Source: Vermamoeba vermiformis (Eukaryota). From it: a stretch of DNA of 64,000 nucleotides. Position numbers and translations under genes: made by a program. Location of the stretch: the NCBI GenBank assembly GCA_045837725.1, contig JBEWZL010000008.1, positions 1 to 64,000 of the forward strand. The letters run 5' to 3'. The notes under the pieces are model-generated. The model was given only the letters and a program-made list of their open reading frames with translations, did not search any database and was not told the DNA's origin. This document shows, in pieces, positions 21,864 through 36,358 of this stretch. Within the stretch, counting starts at the first letter, position 1. Each line of letters opens with the position of its first letter.

Positions 21864-23377
21864 ATGGCAAATCTGGTTACTTCCCTGCTAACAAAGACCA
21901 GATGCATTACAGCAACGAAATTGAATCTGCTCTCCAAGAGAAAATATTCGGATATCCAAAATATGCGCGAATATGTTAGACAACAACGAGCTGCTAAAAA
22001 TGGATCCAGTGCTGCTAGCACACCAAAGCCTGCTCAACCGTCGCCAAAACCGACCGCCAATGCGTCATTTAATTCTACAGCAGTGCCTGTCGTGATCACT
22101 GGTACTTATACATCATATTGATACCATCTGATCTTTTTTTCTAATTAATTTCCCCAACAGTTGCAGTGACGGGAGATGTAGCTCAAAAATCTCGCGTAAA
22201 TGTTCCTATCTCACCAAAAGAACAAATTGAACAAATTGTGTCGTCATACGGTAAGTCTTAATTAATATTAAATCTGAAAATGAGCGTCAGTTTAAAAAAT
22301 TCAATCCTTTCACTGAACGGTACTTATCCGTCTAAAAAATAGAGGCGGGAGCACGAATGGTACATGTGCATGTGCGCGATGAGAACGGCAAACCTACTTG
22401 GGACCCTAAAAAATATGCGGAGGTCCTTGAAGGCACGAGAAAATATTGTCCAGACATGCTGCTGCAATTTACTACTGGTAAGCGAAGCTTCGGACACATT
22501 TTAAATTACGACATTAAATGTGCACGGAAGTTGGTGTAATATTTGACGCTAATCTATTCGTATTTCAGGTAATTACGCTCCAACACTCGAAGATCGCATG
22601 AAGTGTTTGGATCTAAGACCTGAAATGGCGTCGCTGACTCCTGGCTCCGTCAACTTCAAGTACGAATCAGACACCTTGTCAATAGTAGACGAGTACTAAG
22701 TATTTGAATGCAGAGCATCACGTCCAGGCAAAGAAACAGCGAAGCACTACTACAACACGCACGAAGAGATCGAAGCACTGTCGCGCCGCATGTTGGATCT
22801 GGACATCAAGCCCGATGTGGCTATATTCGATGTGAGCATGATCTACGCCACTGCCGATCTCGTCAAGCGCAATCTCATTTCGTTGCCCGTGCGACTCATG
22901 TTCGTAGTCGGTGGTCACATGGCACTCGGTAAGCAGTGATTTCCATATTAGGCAATGAATCGGCATTAACTCGCGTCACAGAGGCACGCAAGCCACTGAT
23001 TGAGTTCATGCTGAGCGAGTCCAAACACGCCTTTGGTGAGGGTAAGTGACTGCTTTGCCTCCGATCAGCACGCAATACTTATTTCCTAATTAGGTAATTT
23101 CACCTGGACAGCTGTCGGCGTTGGCTGGAACAACCCGTCAGTGATGCAATGGACACTCGAGCTCGGAGGTCATCCGCGCACGGGCATTGAAGACACGATG
23201 ATGGTTAAGCGCGGCGTGTTTGCCAAAGACAACGCAGAGCTCGTCAAAGCAGTCGCAGATCTGTGTCTCGAACACGGACGAAGAATTGCCACGCCCGAAG
23301 AGGCAAGAGCTATTTTGGGCATCAAACCCAAGCAGAGCTCCAAGAGCAAGACTCAGCAGCAACAAGCGAGCGTATAA
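21864..23377 (+). CDS. Beta-keto acid cleavage enzyme (Kce/DUF849 family) with probable mitochondrial presequence
   Basis: VVITVAVTG, GARMVHVHVRDENGKPT, PEMASLTPGSVNF and ELGGHPRTGIEDT motifs; basic Ser/Thr-rich N-terminus. Confidence 0.85.
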
Positions 23378-23463
23378 TAGCACAGTATTTGACGTGGCAT
23401 TTGTAGATAGTAAATGAGTTGTAATCGTACAATCAGCTCTTACTCGGTTAATTTTCTAATCGT

Positions 23464-25213
23464 TTATTGCCGCCTCTTGACGCGCAGAGCAATGAACGGC
23501 ACGGGCAAGAGTGCACCAGTCATGAGTGGCGAGGGCATGCGATAACAGTCGTCAATCACCTCGACGTGCACTGCTTCGAGACCTGCTGTTAGTAACATGT
23601 CCTCAACTTCTTGTCGCGAATAGGCGCGCACATTCTGATGCCCGCAAGGATTGTAGCCGTCGTCGTAGCGGTACTGGAATGTCAACCACGCCTCGGACTT
23701 GGCATCGCGTAACAGACGCGCTGTCTCGCGCAAAAATATGGCGGGATTGGGGACTAATTCGAGGGCACCGGTGCACGTGATGAGATCAAACTAGCACAAT
23801 GTTAGCTCTATTTGATAGTGATACCTTGATTCACTTACACTGCAATCAGGGTACGGCAGTGGCACCTCCAAGTCGTGCACAAATGTCTTGCTGTAATTGC
23901 CGCGCTGTTGAGCGAGTTCAATCATCTTCGGACTGAGATCTGTGCCGGTGATTGGTCCTGTCATGCCACCCTTGCGCAGCGAATCTGAAATCAGACCCAC
24001 CGCACACGCAGCGTCTATTGGAGATAAGTGTTAATGTCCGCCAGTCTCATGCAATACACTGTTGCACGCACCTAACACCACCGCATTCTTGTTCGGATAG
24101 GACTTGGCCTGTTGCGTCACCCAGTCCAACATTTTGTAGTGAAATTTGTGCACCAAGTCTTGCCTAATTAGAGCGTTATTATCCATGCTCGCTTAAGTGT
24201 CTCATCTCCGTACCAGTGTGGCGCGTGTTTGTCAAACTTGGCCGCAATTTCTTGTTTGCTCATCGTGTCAATGTTGAAATTAGTGCCGATCTTGTTCAGC
24301 TTCAGATCCATCCACTGCCGACTGTCCCCGCTAGGAGCAGCCTTGCTAGGAGTGTGAGTGTTGTTGCTGGTGTCCGCGCTCTCCTTGGCGTATTTGTTGA
24401 GTGCGCTGGACTGCACGACAGCCAGTGTTTTGTTCGAGCTCTTTGAACTCACGCGCGCGTCCCACACTTGCGTGCTGTGACCGCAGTGCACGAGCGATGC
24501 GTGACTGAGCAACACTTCACCTGGCCGCGCTGAGCTGAGGTACTGAATGCTCGTGTTCGTCACTGCAATGCCGCTAGAGGTCTGGTGCTCGGCTGTCAGT
24601 CGAGTGAAATCTCGTCTAGTGACATACCTCAGGCGCAAATACATAACAGCCGAAGCCTATTGAAGTGTCCGCGAGTGTAGCAATACTACCACCGTGCACG
24701 AGACCAGTGGCTGCCATGTGAAGGTCTTCAACACGCATCTGACTTGCGAGTTAAAGTGATGTTTTTCTAGGTTTGATTTGCTTACCTGTGTAGTAACTGT
24801 CTTTTTTGATAGCGAAATATCGACCAAGTCAATTTTCAGCTGATTATTCAAGCCTACAACAAAGACTTAGCCGTTGAAAAAAATTCAATTTCGCAAGATA
24901 AAATTGAGAATATTATTTCTGAGCTGTATTTATATTTAATATTCCCCAATAATCTACAAAATGATGTTCGATTATTTCTTAAATTCTTACCAACGTAGCG
25001 CACGTAATTGGTGAACCACATCCGCCATTCTTGTTCATTTGTAGGTCTTTGCACTGGCTTAGATGCCGGTGTATTGGAATATTGTTTTAAATTACACTTA
25101 TATGCATTATTATCGCGCTGGGATCTAAAATTGGTTTTTGCCCCAGACCCGGACAGCTGAACTGCACCAACACATCTGCCGCGACGACACACGCTACTGA
25201 ATATATTTAGCAT
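23464..25213 (-). CDS. PaaI-like hotdog thioesterase fused to a class I SAM-dependent methyltransferase
   Basis: HGGSIATLADT...IQYLSSARPGEVL...GHSTQVWDARV, followed by EIAAKFDKHAPHW...GLISDSLRK...GTDLSPKMIELAQQRGNY; presequence-like N-terminus. Confidence 0.7.
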
Positions 25214-25343
25214 TGTTGCATTCGTGCTCGCAATTAGACCTAAGCAGGCTTGCAAGCCTGAAAATAGCCAGAGGCCCAAATTAGCACAAAATGGAGCTAT
25301 AAACACACAATAGGGTCTATTAATATATTGAACTATTAATTAC

Positions 25344-26113
25344 ATGTTTCCATACTGGACTTCAACAGTAAAACCAGAGCTGCTAAAAGTTATAAAGCCT
25401 GTGTATTTAGACAAAGAAGATCACTTCGCTGCAGGTAAAGTTATAAAGCTATTTTAAGCCTGCCGGTCCAGCATTGTAATCGAATTATTTGGCAACTGTA
25501 GATCTCAAAGCTGCGCTGAAAATCGAAGAGTTAGTTGAAAATCGCATGGTCTGCAGCGTTCTGGTCGATAAAAAATTCTCCAATATTCACGGCACGCTGC
25601 ACGGTGGCGCCTACGCATATTTGGCAGGTAAGAATAAAATTTAGCTGTGAACTGGACTTATTTTTGGCTTTTGTGATCTGCAGATCTCGTGAGCTCGATG
25701 AACATTATGACGTCGAATACTGGCTTCAAGGCGAGTGTTAGTCTCGAACTCAATGCGTCATATTTGAAACCTGCGCTGATGAATAAGAAGCTCTACATTG
25801 CAAGCCAGGTCTTGAGGGCAGGTAAACAAACCGCCGTGGCCGAAATCAAGTTTTACGACGAGGTAAATGAATTAATATTTAATTTGTTGCGTGTACACGC
25901 AACGTATCAAAAAGATATTCCTTCAATTTGCTTTAAAAGTTAAAAAATTATCGTTTCAACCACATGTCAGTTGTTTGACCCGGGAACACGCCGTTCAAAT
26001 GCTCCGCTTAGTAATTCCGCGCGCTTAACGAACTGTTTCTATTACCTTAGAAAGGCGAAGTATTATGCGCTTGCAAACACACCAAATTCTTCCTGCTCAA
26101 TGCCAAATTGTAG
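25344..26113 (+). CDS. Acyl-CoA thioesterase (PaaI/ACOT13-like) with PTS1-like C-terminus (AKL)
   Basis: NIHGTLHGGAYAYLADL, VSLELNASYLKPA, VLRAGKQTAV; the last exon ends ...HTKFFLLNAKL*. Confidence 0.8.
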
Positions 26114-26575
26114 ATCCTCAACAGCGACATGTAGTTTCAGTTAACAAAAAATGTGCGCAACTGCGAACCTATAAAGACGTTAGTCACATTATAGAACACG
26201 AAGTGCAGCATTCATTCAAGGCAATCTGTCAGCCAAACAATGACGTGTGGGGCTTGATCCGAAAAGTTAAATTGAAGAGGAGATAGTTTCGCCGAGGTAA
26301 TCCTCCGTTCACATTTATGCTTCATAGCTGTGGGCCATACTTCCCTAGTATAGACCTAGAATTACATCTCGCCGTTCGAGATATGAATTCGATGCAACAA
26401 GCGGAAATTTCAAAATTAATGGTTCACACTTGTCATTAATTTAGCAAAATATTCGAACAGACCGACACAATTATTGTTCTTCGATTTCATTGAATTGGAT
26501 AGCACAAATCAAGTGCTATCGATTCAAAACTCATTCCCTTTTTGAATCCAGACGTAAACCGTACCGAAACAAAAT

Positions 26576-29481
26576 ATGAAACACTTGTTCCCATTAACAG
26601 TGCTATGCCTGCTAGCAGTAGTGCGCGCAAGTAAGTTCTTTTATACAATGCATTGTCTTGCTTGTAGTGATGAGGATACGCAAGATTACGCAATCGCTCC
26701 GTTATTAACGTCGATTCCAGATTTACAACAAGAAGACTATCTTATTCAAGGCTACGGTTCTCCCTACTCCACTACACTATACTCTGAATGGTATGTATTA
26801 CAAACTGAAATATACGCAAGTTTAGGAAAAAAGTGTCAGATTTCGCGTTGACAGTTGGAAATCATCCAGCTTTTAATTCCCCGTGATGGCGCAAATAATA
26901 ATTCCTTGTCTTTAGGATTTTGAGTTACACGCAGTATTCACCTACAGCACGCATTTCATTTGATGGAATTGGAACGGTCGCTGGGTTTACAAAGTTTGTT
27001 CGCGGCGAGGCTGACTTCGCAGACTTGGCCTTGATGACGAAAGAGATCATAGAGGTAAGTCTAGTTTCAAACGTATTTTGATTACTTAACCCAATCAACG
27101 CGACCTGTCAGTTCGTCATCCATCGAAAAGGCCTTTTCGTCTTTACACAAAATTTTTTCTTATCCTGCGTAAATAATATCTTTATAATCACCATTGGTCA
27201 TATTGATCATAAATATATTTTGGTATGCGCTCATAACCAGACGCTTTGGCCCCAAAAATTACTAAATATGGCAAAGGTGATTTAGCAATCAACCGTACTC
27301 GTCCTGTCTCATGTTAATAACTTAATTAATTAATAATATGTTTATGCAAATAGACTCCGGGCTACTTTGTTATGCCCAGCGCGGTTCACTCCACCGCATT
27401 CACGTACTCGATCCCCGGTTTCAACGCAACCTTGACTCTTGGCCGCACTACACTCGTCGACATATTTCTCGGCAAAATAGTGCAGTGGAATGATCCTAGA
27501 ATTCTAGCGGACAACCCTCTCATCGCGCCAAGCCTGTTTACCAACAACACGATCACACTCGTGGCACGCGGTTCTCCGTCCATTGATAACTTGATCATCA
27601 ACGCCGTGTTTTCTAAAGTATCGCAAGAGTGGGCAGATCTGGCTAACCAAACTATTGGTGGATTTCTTCCCACGCCGGTCTACGCCTTGCCGCACGTCCA
27701 CACTGCTGTGGGCAATGACGACCTTTTGGGCATTACGCACGACTCCTCGCTTGGTTATGCGCCGTGGTCTATTGTACGAGCATTTAGCCAGCCTACTATG
27801 TAAGTATTCTAATTTCATGATCAAAACTAGATCTTGGTGTTGTGGTTCATTAACCTAAATTTTGTGATTTGATTTCACTGCTTTTGCACCGCAATTTTTA
27901 ACCAGATTCTTCAGTGCCATTATCAACCAAGCTGGTGCTGAAGTGGGTCCTGAAGCGGTCAGTGCCACAGAAACAATTCTCGAAGAGATATTCGATGACT
28001 TATTGTGAGTAATAAGGTGATATCATTGATATGACTCTAACGAAAATGACAGAACGGATGTCGCCGATCTGGACATTCCTGAAGCCTACCCATTCATGGG
28101 CATGAGTTACGGCCTCTTCCGTGGCAACATGGTCAATGTCTCCAACGAGTTGTGCAACAGGACTACGGTGTTGTATCGCTTCTTGCGCTGGACTCAGATG
28201 ATGAAGTACGCCGAAAACGCAGCCGAACACTGGGGCTTTGGATCCTTGCCGCAAAATATTCGCAACCGCACTAGATTCGCCTTGGAGAGTGCTACTTGCA
28301 ATGGCGAGCTCATTTTGCAATGTAAGTGTCAAACTAGATATCTTTCCCTAATTTGGAATATCCATGTATACTTGTGCGCAAATTTCTTAAATGAATCAAT
28401 TGATAGCACATTTCTGACATACTGCTTGTAGATAACTTAACGCGTGCTATTCCCACTAGTCAGCCCGGAAGAATCTTTCTCATCGCTTTCGCTGCCACCG
28501 GAATTGTCGCCTGCATGGGTCTTGCGATTGCCTTTTATGTCCTCGCTGGTATTAACTCGGAGCGTATCCCCCGCGAAGAACTCATCTTCACCTTCCTCAT
28601 CATTGCTGGTGCTATCATGACTTTCACTTCAGTATTCATGTGGCAACGTGACCCGTCCGTTGATTCAACTTGTCAGGCACGAATCTGGTTGATGGTGTTT
28701 GGCTTGTACACGTTGCTCTCTGCAATCTTCACGCGCACTTGGCACTTGCACCGCATTTACAACCAAATGTATCGCTTGCAAAAGTTGTCAGTGCGCGTCA
28801 AAGGTGTGACTGAAGTGCTGGCCGGCACAGCTGTCGTGTTAGTGCTCACCACTGTAAGTTTCGTCGAACATCCCTCAGTGGCCATGCGCATTAACGAATG
28901 ATATCTCGCAGGTGTTCTTAGTCGTATGGACGTTAGTTGACCCCTACAGAACGGCCATCAGAATCTTCAACGAGGTCGAAATGGTCGGCGAATACATGTG
29001 CACCAGCGATAACTTCGTCGCTTGGATAGTAGTCTTCGCCGGCATCATTGTGGCCATGCTCATTTGGGGCATTTTTGTTGTGTACCGTGCCTGGGCCATC
29101 AAAGACAAGGCCAATGAAGTGCGCTGGTTGTTGCTCGGCGGTTACAACTTCTTCCTCACGCTTGTCGCTGTCATTCCCATTCTCCTCGCCGTGCCTCAGA
29201 CGGACGAAACCACTTTCTATGTGATTGGCACCGCTCTCAACTTCATCACTGCCTCAATTGTGATTGCCATCTTCGTGCCCAAGCTCTCCAATCAGGCGCG
29301 CATTCGTTCATCGCGCTCAGGTTCATCGCAACGCTCTCAACGTGCCACTTCAACCAAACAAGAAGGCAGCACCCTTCACATCAACAGCAAGCGCGATCAA
29401 GAACCAGTGCCCAGCATGCCCGTCGACTCCATGCCTCAAGACGATGATCAATCAACGTCAACTTCTGAGAAAGATCAATAA
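26576..29481 (+). CDS. PstS-like periplasmic-binding domain fused to a class C (GABA-B-like) GPCR 7TM
   Basis: Signal peptide; IQGYGS...GIGTVAG...ADFA, DIFLGKIVQWNDPRI, SLGY and AYP (PstS-like). 7TM region with CQARIW, IFTRTWHLHRIY, LVVWTLVDP, NEVRW and IFVPKL. Confidence 0.8.
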
Positions 29482-29574
29482 GATGCTACTGCTGTCTGTT
29501 GGTTAGAACAATTTTGTAATATATTGCCCATAAACTTAATGTACTTTAATTCACTTCACTGTGCCATCAATCAA

Positions 29575-30343
29575 TTAGAGCGCAGCCACGGAGAACTCGA
29601 GTACAGTGGCGCTGAATCCAGTGCCTTCGTTAGGACTGCACACGTACACGCCTGCTTGCACTGCTTGTTTGCCGTCATCTTCGTACAATCTGGTGAGCGA
29701 TAAGTCAGTGGTTGTAGTTCTATTGTACTATTCACTCGATCGTACCTGCAAATGCGGATCTGTTCCCATTCATGACCGCTGTATCTCGCTTCAATGAGAT
29801 AATCAGCACCTGTGCGTTTAACACGCAGCTCATACTCGCGAGTCGTGTTCGGCACATTCTGGGTAGACCAGTCAGAATAGCCATTATTGGTGACTACAGC
29901 GCCTGTAACATTATGAGTCAGGCGTCGAGTTTTTTTCGTGCAGATCTCTTACCCAATCTCGATGGCTCATTTGGTGTCTCGTATTCGATTGATGTTTTGA
30001 CCCAACAATTAGGGGAGATACGAACCATAAGTCCTGCTTGATCATATTGGTGCACAGGACTGACTTGGATCTGACAGCAAAATATTTGGTGATACGCATC
30101 AGAAAATTTTATATTATCATAAATTACCTTTGCTGTCATCAGAAAATTTCCTTCCATCGATTTATATAATAAATGACCATTATCAGCGATAAAACCATAG
30201 TGAGTTTTGCTCCAATAATCTGTCTTTGCTTCTGAATGAATGACGAGGCCATTATTCACTTGCCACTCCTTTGGTTCGCAATACCAAGCTAATTTATTGG
30301 CAGACAGTAACTCTTCTCTAGTCAAGGAAAGGTTGACAGACAT
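29575..30343 (-). CDS. DUF1349 / Ree1-like beta-sandwich protein
   Basis: KTDYWSKTHYGFIADNGH, YDQAGLMV, WVKTSIEY and GVYVCSP motifs. Confidence 0.8.
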
Positions 30344-30458
30344 TTAAGATCTGCTCAATAGTCGTTTAAATAAAACCTGACAATTCTTTAATTTTACTTA
30401 CATATAATTATTATTGTGGTCGTTGCGAACGAATACAATTTAAAAAGGAAAAATTGTG

Positions 30459-31924
30459 CTAATTTTTGAACTTGTCATTCATCCACTGCGCAATCACATC
30501 GAGCTCGTTGTGGCCCTCGTCGATGAATTGAGCCATTGTTGCAGCACAATGAATCATTCTCTTTTGAATGCTGAAGTCTACAGGCACACTTTCCTTCTTA
30601 AGTAATTCTGCGAATTTGATGACGCCGTCACGCAGTACGTCCAGCTCACCACTGGAAACATAGAGTGGAGGCAACCCATTGAAGTTGCGCAACAGTTCTT
30701 TGGCGGTGTGGCTATTCTTGTTCTCGTGGAAGGTATCGGTCTCGATGTCGTGCCAGTGATAGACGTACTTTTGCACCAACATGCCGAGTTCGCGTGGCAG
30801 AATGATGTTCTCTTCTTGAGGAATGCGCGCTGAGCCCCATTCGAGGAAGGGGATGTCGATGGCGTACTCGAGACCAGGGCCTAAGTACAACATCAGAATT
30901 GGGTTGAATGTTCATACGATCTTACCAGGGGCGAGAGTAGCTGCAGCAACGGGCAGAGGCAAGTCTTTGTGATGAGTTTTGATCATTTGAAGTGTCATCA
31001 GTGTCAACATGCCTCCTGCAGAACAGCCAAAGGGAATGACATTTGTAGCTTTGATGCGCATCTCTTTGAGGACGTATCTGCGGAGGCAAGTCAATCAGCA
31101 GTGAAATGTCGAATCACTATCACGTGTCACCTACTTGTACACGTTCACGACGTCTTCAATGGCTTGTTCGAGTGTTGCTTCAGGTAGCAGTCGATAGTTC
31201 ACGCTCACAACGCGTGCTTTGGCTCTGAAATCTAGCTGTTACCAATAGCCGCCTTTCATTACTGTCACGATTGTTACCTGCGCGCCAGTTCACCTGCTGC
31301 GTAGCCTTCCGACTTTGCACTGCCCAAGATAAATGCACCCTATGAAGTATCTATCAGCCATTGACGCATTCGAGGCAAAAATTAAACGCACACCGTGATT
31401 GTAGATGATAATGTTGTTGGGATTGTATTCTTCAGGCTCAAACCAGTAGACCTGTCGTCAAGTGTCACGCGATTATTCAATACAAGCATCAAATTTCTTA
31501 CAGAGACATTATTGATAGTGGCTGGATAGAATTTGACACTGCTTCGCGGCAAAATTAGAGCTTCGCTGCGCAATACATTTGCACGACTGAAAATTGTTAA
31601 TTATTTTTCAACAGCGATGATACGCAACTGATAATTTACCTTTCTTCGAGCGTGCTATAGGTTGGCTTATTTAAGAAAAATAGTCGATAAAAAGCCCGCG
31701 TTCTGGGCGATAGATCTGCAAGTAACAAAAATTATTACGATCCAGATCTAGCGTTCGCTGCACTTACCGCGATACAATTCGGTAGGATTAATTCGCTCGT
31801 AAACCTCTGCCACCTTCCAAGCAGTGTAAAACAAGCCTCGTCGTAAGGTGTGATTGTATTCGGAGAGAACCAACAAGCTAGGAAGAGCGAGTGCTACGAG
31901 TAATATAATTAGAGCGACGCGCAT
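30459..31924 (-). CDS. Hormone-sensitive-lipase-family alpha/beta hydrolase (esterase) with N-terminal hydrophobic anchor
   Basis: VNYRLLPE, GCSAGG nucleophile, GELDVL and MIH catalytic motifs. Confidence 0.8.
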
Positions 31925-32402
31925 TTGTGGATCCACTTTTAATAATATTATTGCACTGAATTACGGCTCGGGTCGGGAGACAACCCGAATACGCGAAATT
32001 TCCGGGGAAAACCTAAATTATTCGGGCAAAGCACCATGTCGTAGTTGCTAACTACTGAAGACGGTTGTCGAGAAAAATGGTCTTGTTGATCAGAAAAGAG
32101 AAAGCGCGATGGTTCAGCTCTCCTTCGTACGTACCTCGGTGAGCGGAATTTATTTGAGCCAGGAGTACAATCCCTCAACAGACGTTCGCGCGATCAAGTT
32201 AGCGGCATGGTTTGCAACAGGCAGTTACATCGTAAATAAGATCCCGTGGATCAGAAATTTCAGTGGGAAATAAAAATTTCGGGAAGAAACTCTAACTCCT
32301 TCCAGAAACACGTGATCGCAGATTTTTTGTTAGCCCCGGGTCAATTTTATGTATTTTTTTTACCTCTTTCAACCAGTAACCACAGATCGGAATCTGATCA
32401 GC

Positions 32403-34613
<2,211 letters not shown>

Positions 34614-34713
34614 TTATAAAGCTGTTCATAGTTCGAAATTCATCTGTACATCCCTATAATTAAAAGAAGTTGTTTATTCGCCAGTGAAGTAAATCCGCTG
34701 TAGATCGCAGTGA

Positions 34714-36092
34714 TTATTGTACACTATCGGGCAAGGGACTAATAGCCCGTGATAATAGTCTGTGTTTTGAATATAAGTCGAGTGCTGCATCTGGATTGCC
34801 TTGCGCGAGCTGGAAGTACGTCGAGAGTTCAATCGCTGCAATTGCATTCGGATCTGCTGTCAATGCTTTGGAGAGACTCAACTCTGCACCAGCCATATCA
34901 CCTTTAGCCAGGGACAGAATTGCCAAGTTAGTGAACACAGGACTCAGTGCGTGGACTTGACCGAGTTGCAAAGCATAATGGAGAGCACAGGGACCAACAG
35001 CGGGCTTGGACTCGAGTGACGCGAGCAGCGTGCTGATTTGTTGCTCGGCCGCACTGCCCAGCAATGCTTGTGAAGCACCAGCGAGGTCGTTGAGCAGTGC
35101 TAGGGCCTCACTCACATGACAGTACAACGCGGTCAATTCACTCGCACAGGTCTTAACGAGGGCTGCATCCATGGGCAGTGCCAAGCCCTCGCGCGCAGTG
35201 TGCAGTGCAGTGATGTAGTCGCGCAACTCGAGTGACACCCACGTCAACAAGAGATGCGCGTGCAGATTGGTCACGTGGTCGTTATTCACTTGCAGTTGTA
35301 TCGCGTTCTGCAAGTAAGTAATTGCCTTGGTGAGTGATAATGGCTCCTCGTTATGATCTGCAATGTTATTGCGCATCGATATTGTCACGTGGCCACTTTG
35401 TTGCGATAAAATTTGACGCCGCAGATCGTACAGCGCCTTGACTTGATCATTTATCAATTGTTCGTCTTGCTCTTTTCCCTATATGATATGTTAAGCACGA
35501 ATAAAATATCTATTTAAATAACATACAAGTAATAAATGGTGCGTAATGCAACATTCAGCGAGGCGGATCCAAAAACGGGGACGGTTCGTCATGTGTTGTT
35601 GAAATAAAGCTGATAAATGCCAGCAAGAGTGCGCTAAGGTAGGTTGTTGAGTCGACAATAGAACTAGACCATGATTGTATAACAGCTGACTGAGTAATTC
35701 AGCGTGACGTCCCAAATCTTGAAAAAATTCGATCAGATGCGTACAACAAAATATAAAGTAAAAAATATATTGATAACTATACATGGACCCAAAAAATTAT
35801 TCAAATAAATAATTGATAAAATAGCTAAGGGGGAAAAATGCAAAAATATCAAGCGAGGAGGATAAAAGTGTGTACCTTCATTATTAAGCTGAGGAATAAT
35901 TAGCGTCGCTCTGCGGCAATATAAAGAAGCTGTTTTGAACTTGTTAAACTTCAAGTTTAAAGCTGCCAGGTCATTGTAATAGATGAGGTTTAATATGGCC
36001 CCAGTTAGCTCTGTTGACTTGAGGGACTGTTGCAGTTTCTCGACTGAATTTTTGTATATTTTTTCGAGATTTTCTGCACTATTCTGCGCCAT
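34714..36092 (-). CDS. CNOT10: CCR4-NOT subunit 10-like TPR protein
   Basis: LLYNHGLVLL...RPRFWIRLAECCI signature; TPR-like C-terminus (VFTNLAILSLAKGD...YFQLAQGN). Confidence 0.65.
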
Positions 36093-36358
36093 ATCGTCGC
36101 TTGGTTCGTTTGTGGGATTTCCAAATCCGCGTCCAAATCCAAAATCTGGTTTTTAAGGAGACCTAGTTTGTAAGTAATTGGTGCAAGTGTACTCTTCTAT
36201 TGAAGTTGATGACGTAACTGTGAATATGACGGCGAACGGAGGCCGGCAATTTTTGCGCAACAAAAAACTAACGAGGGAGTTCACTGCCAGCCAATAACTA
36301 GCATAGTTTGTGTTACTCGAAGCAATTAACTACCATTCGTTATATTAATTAAGTAGAA

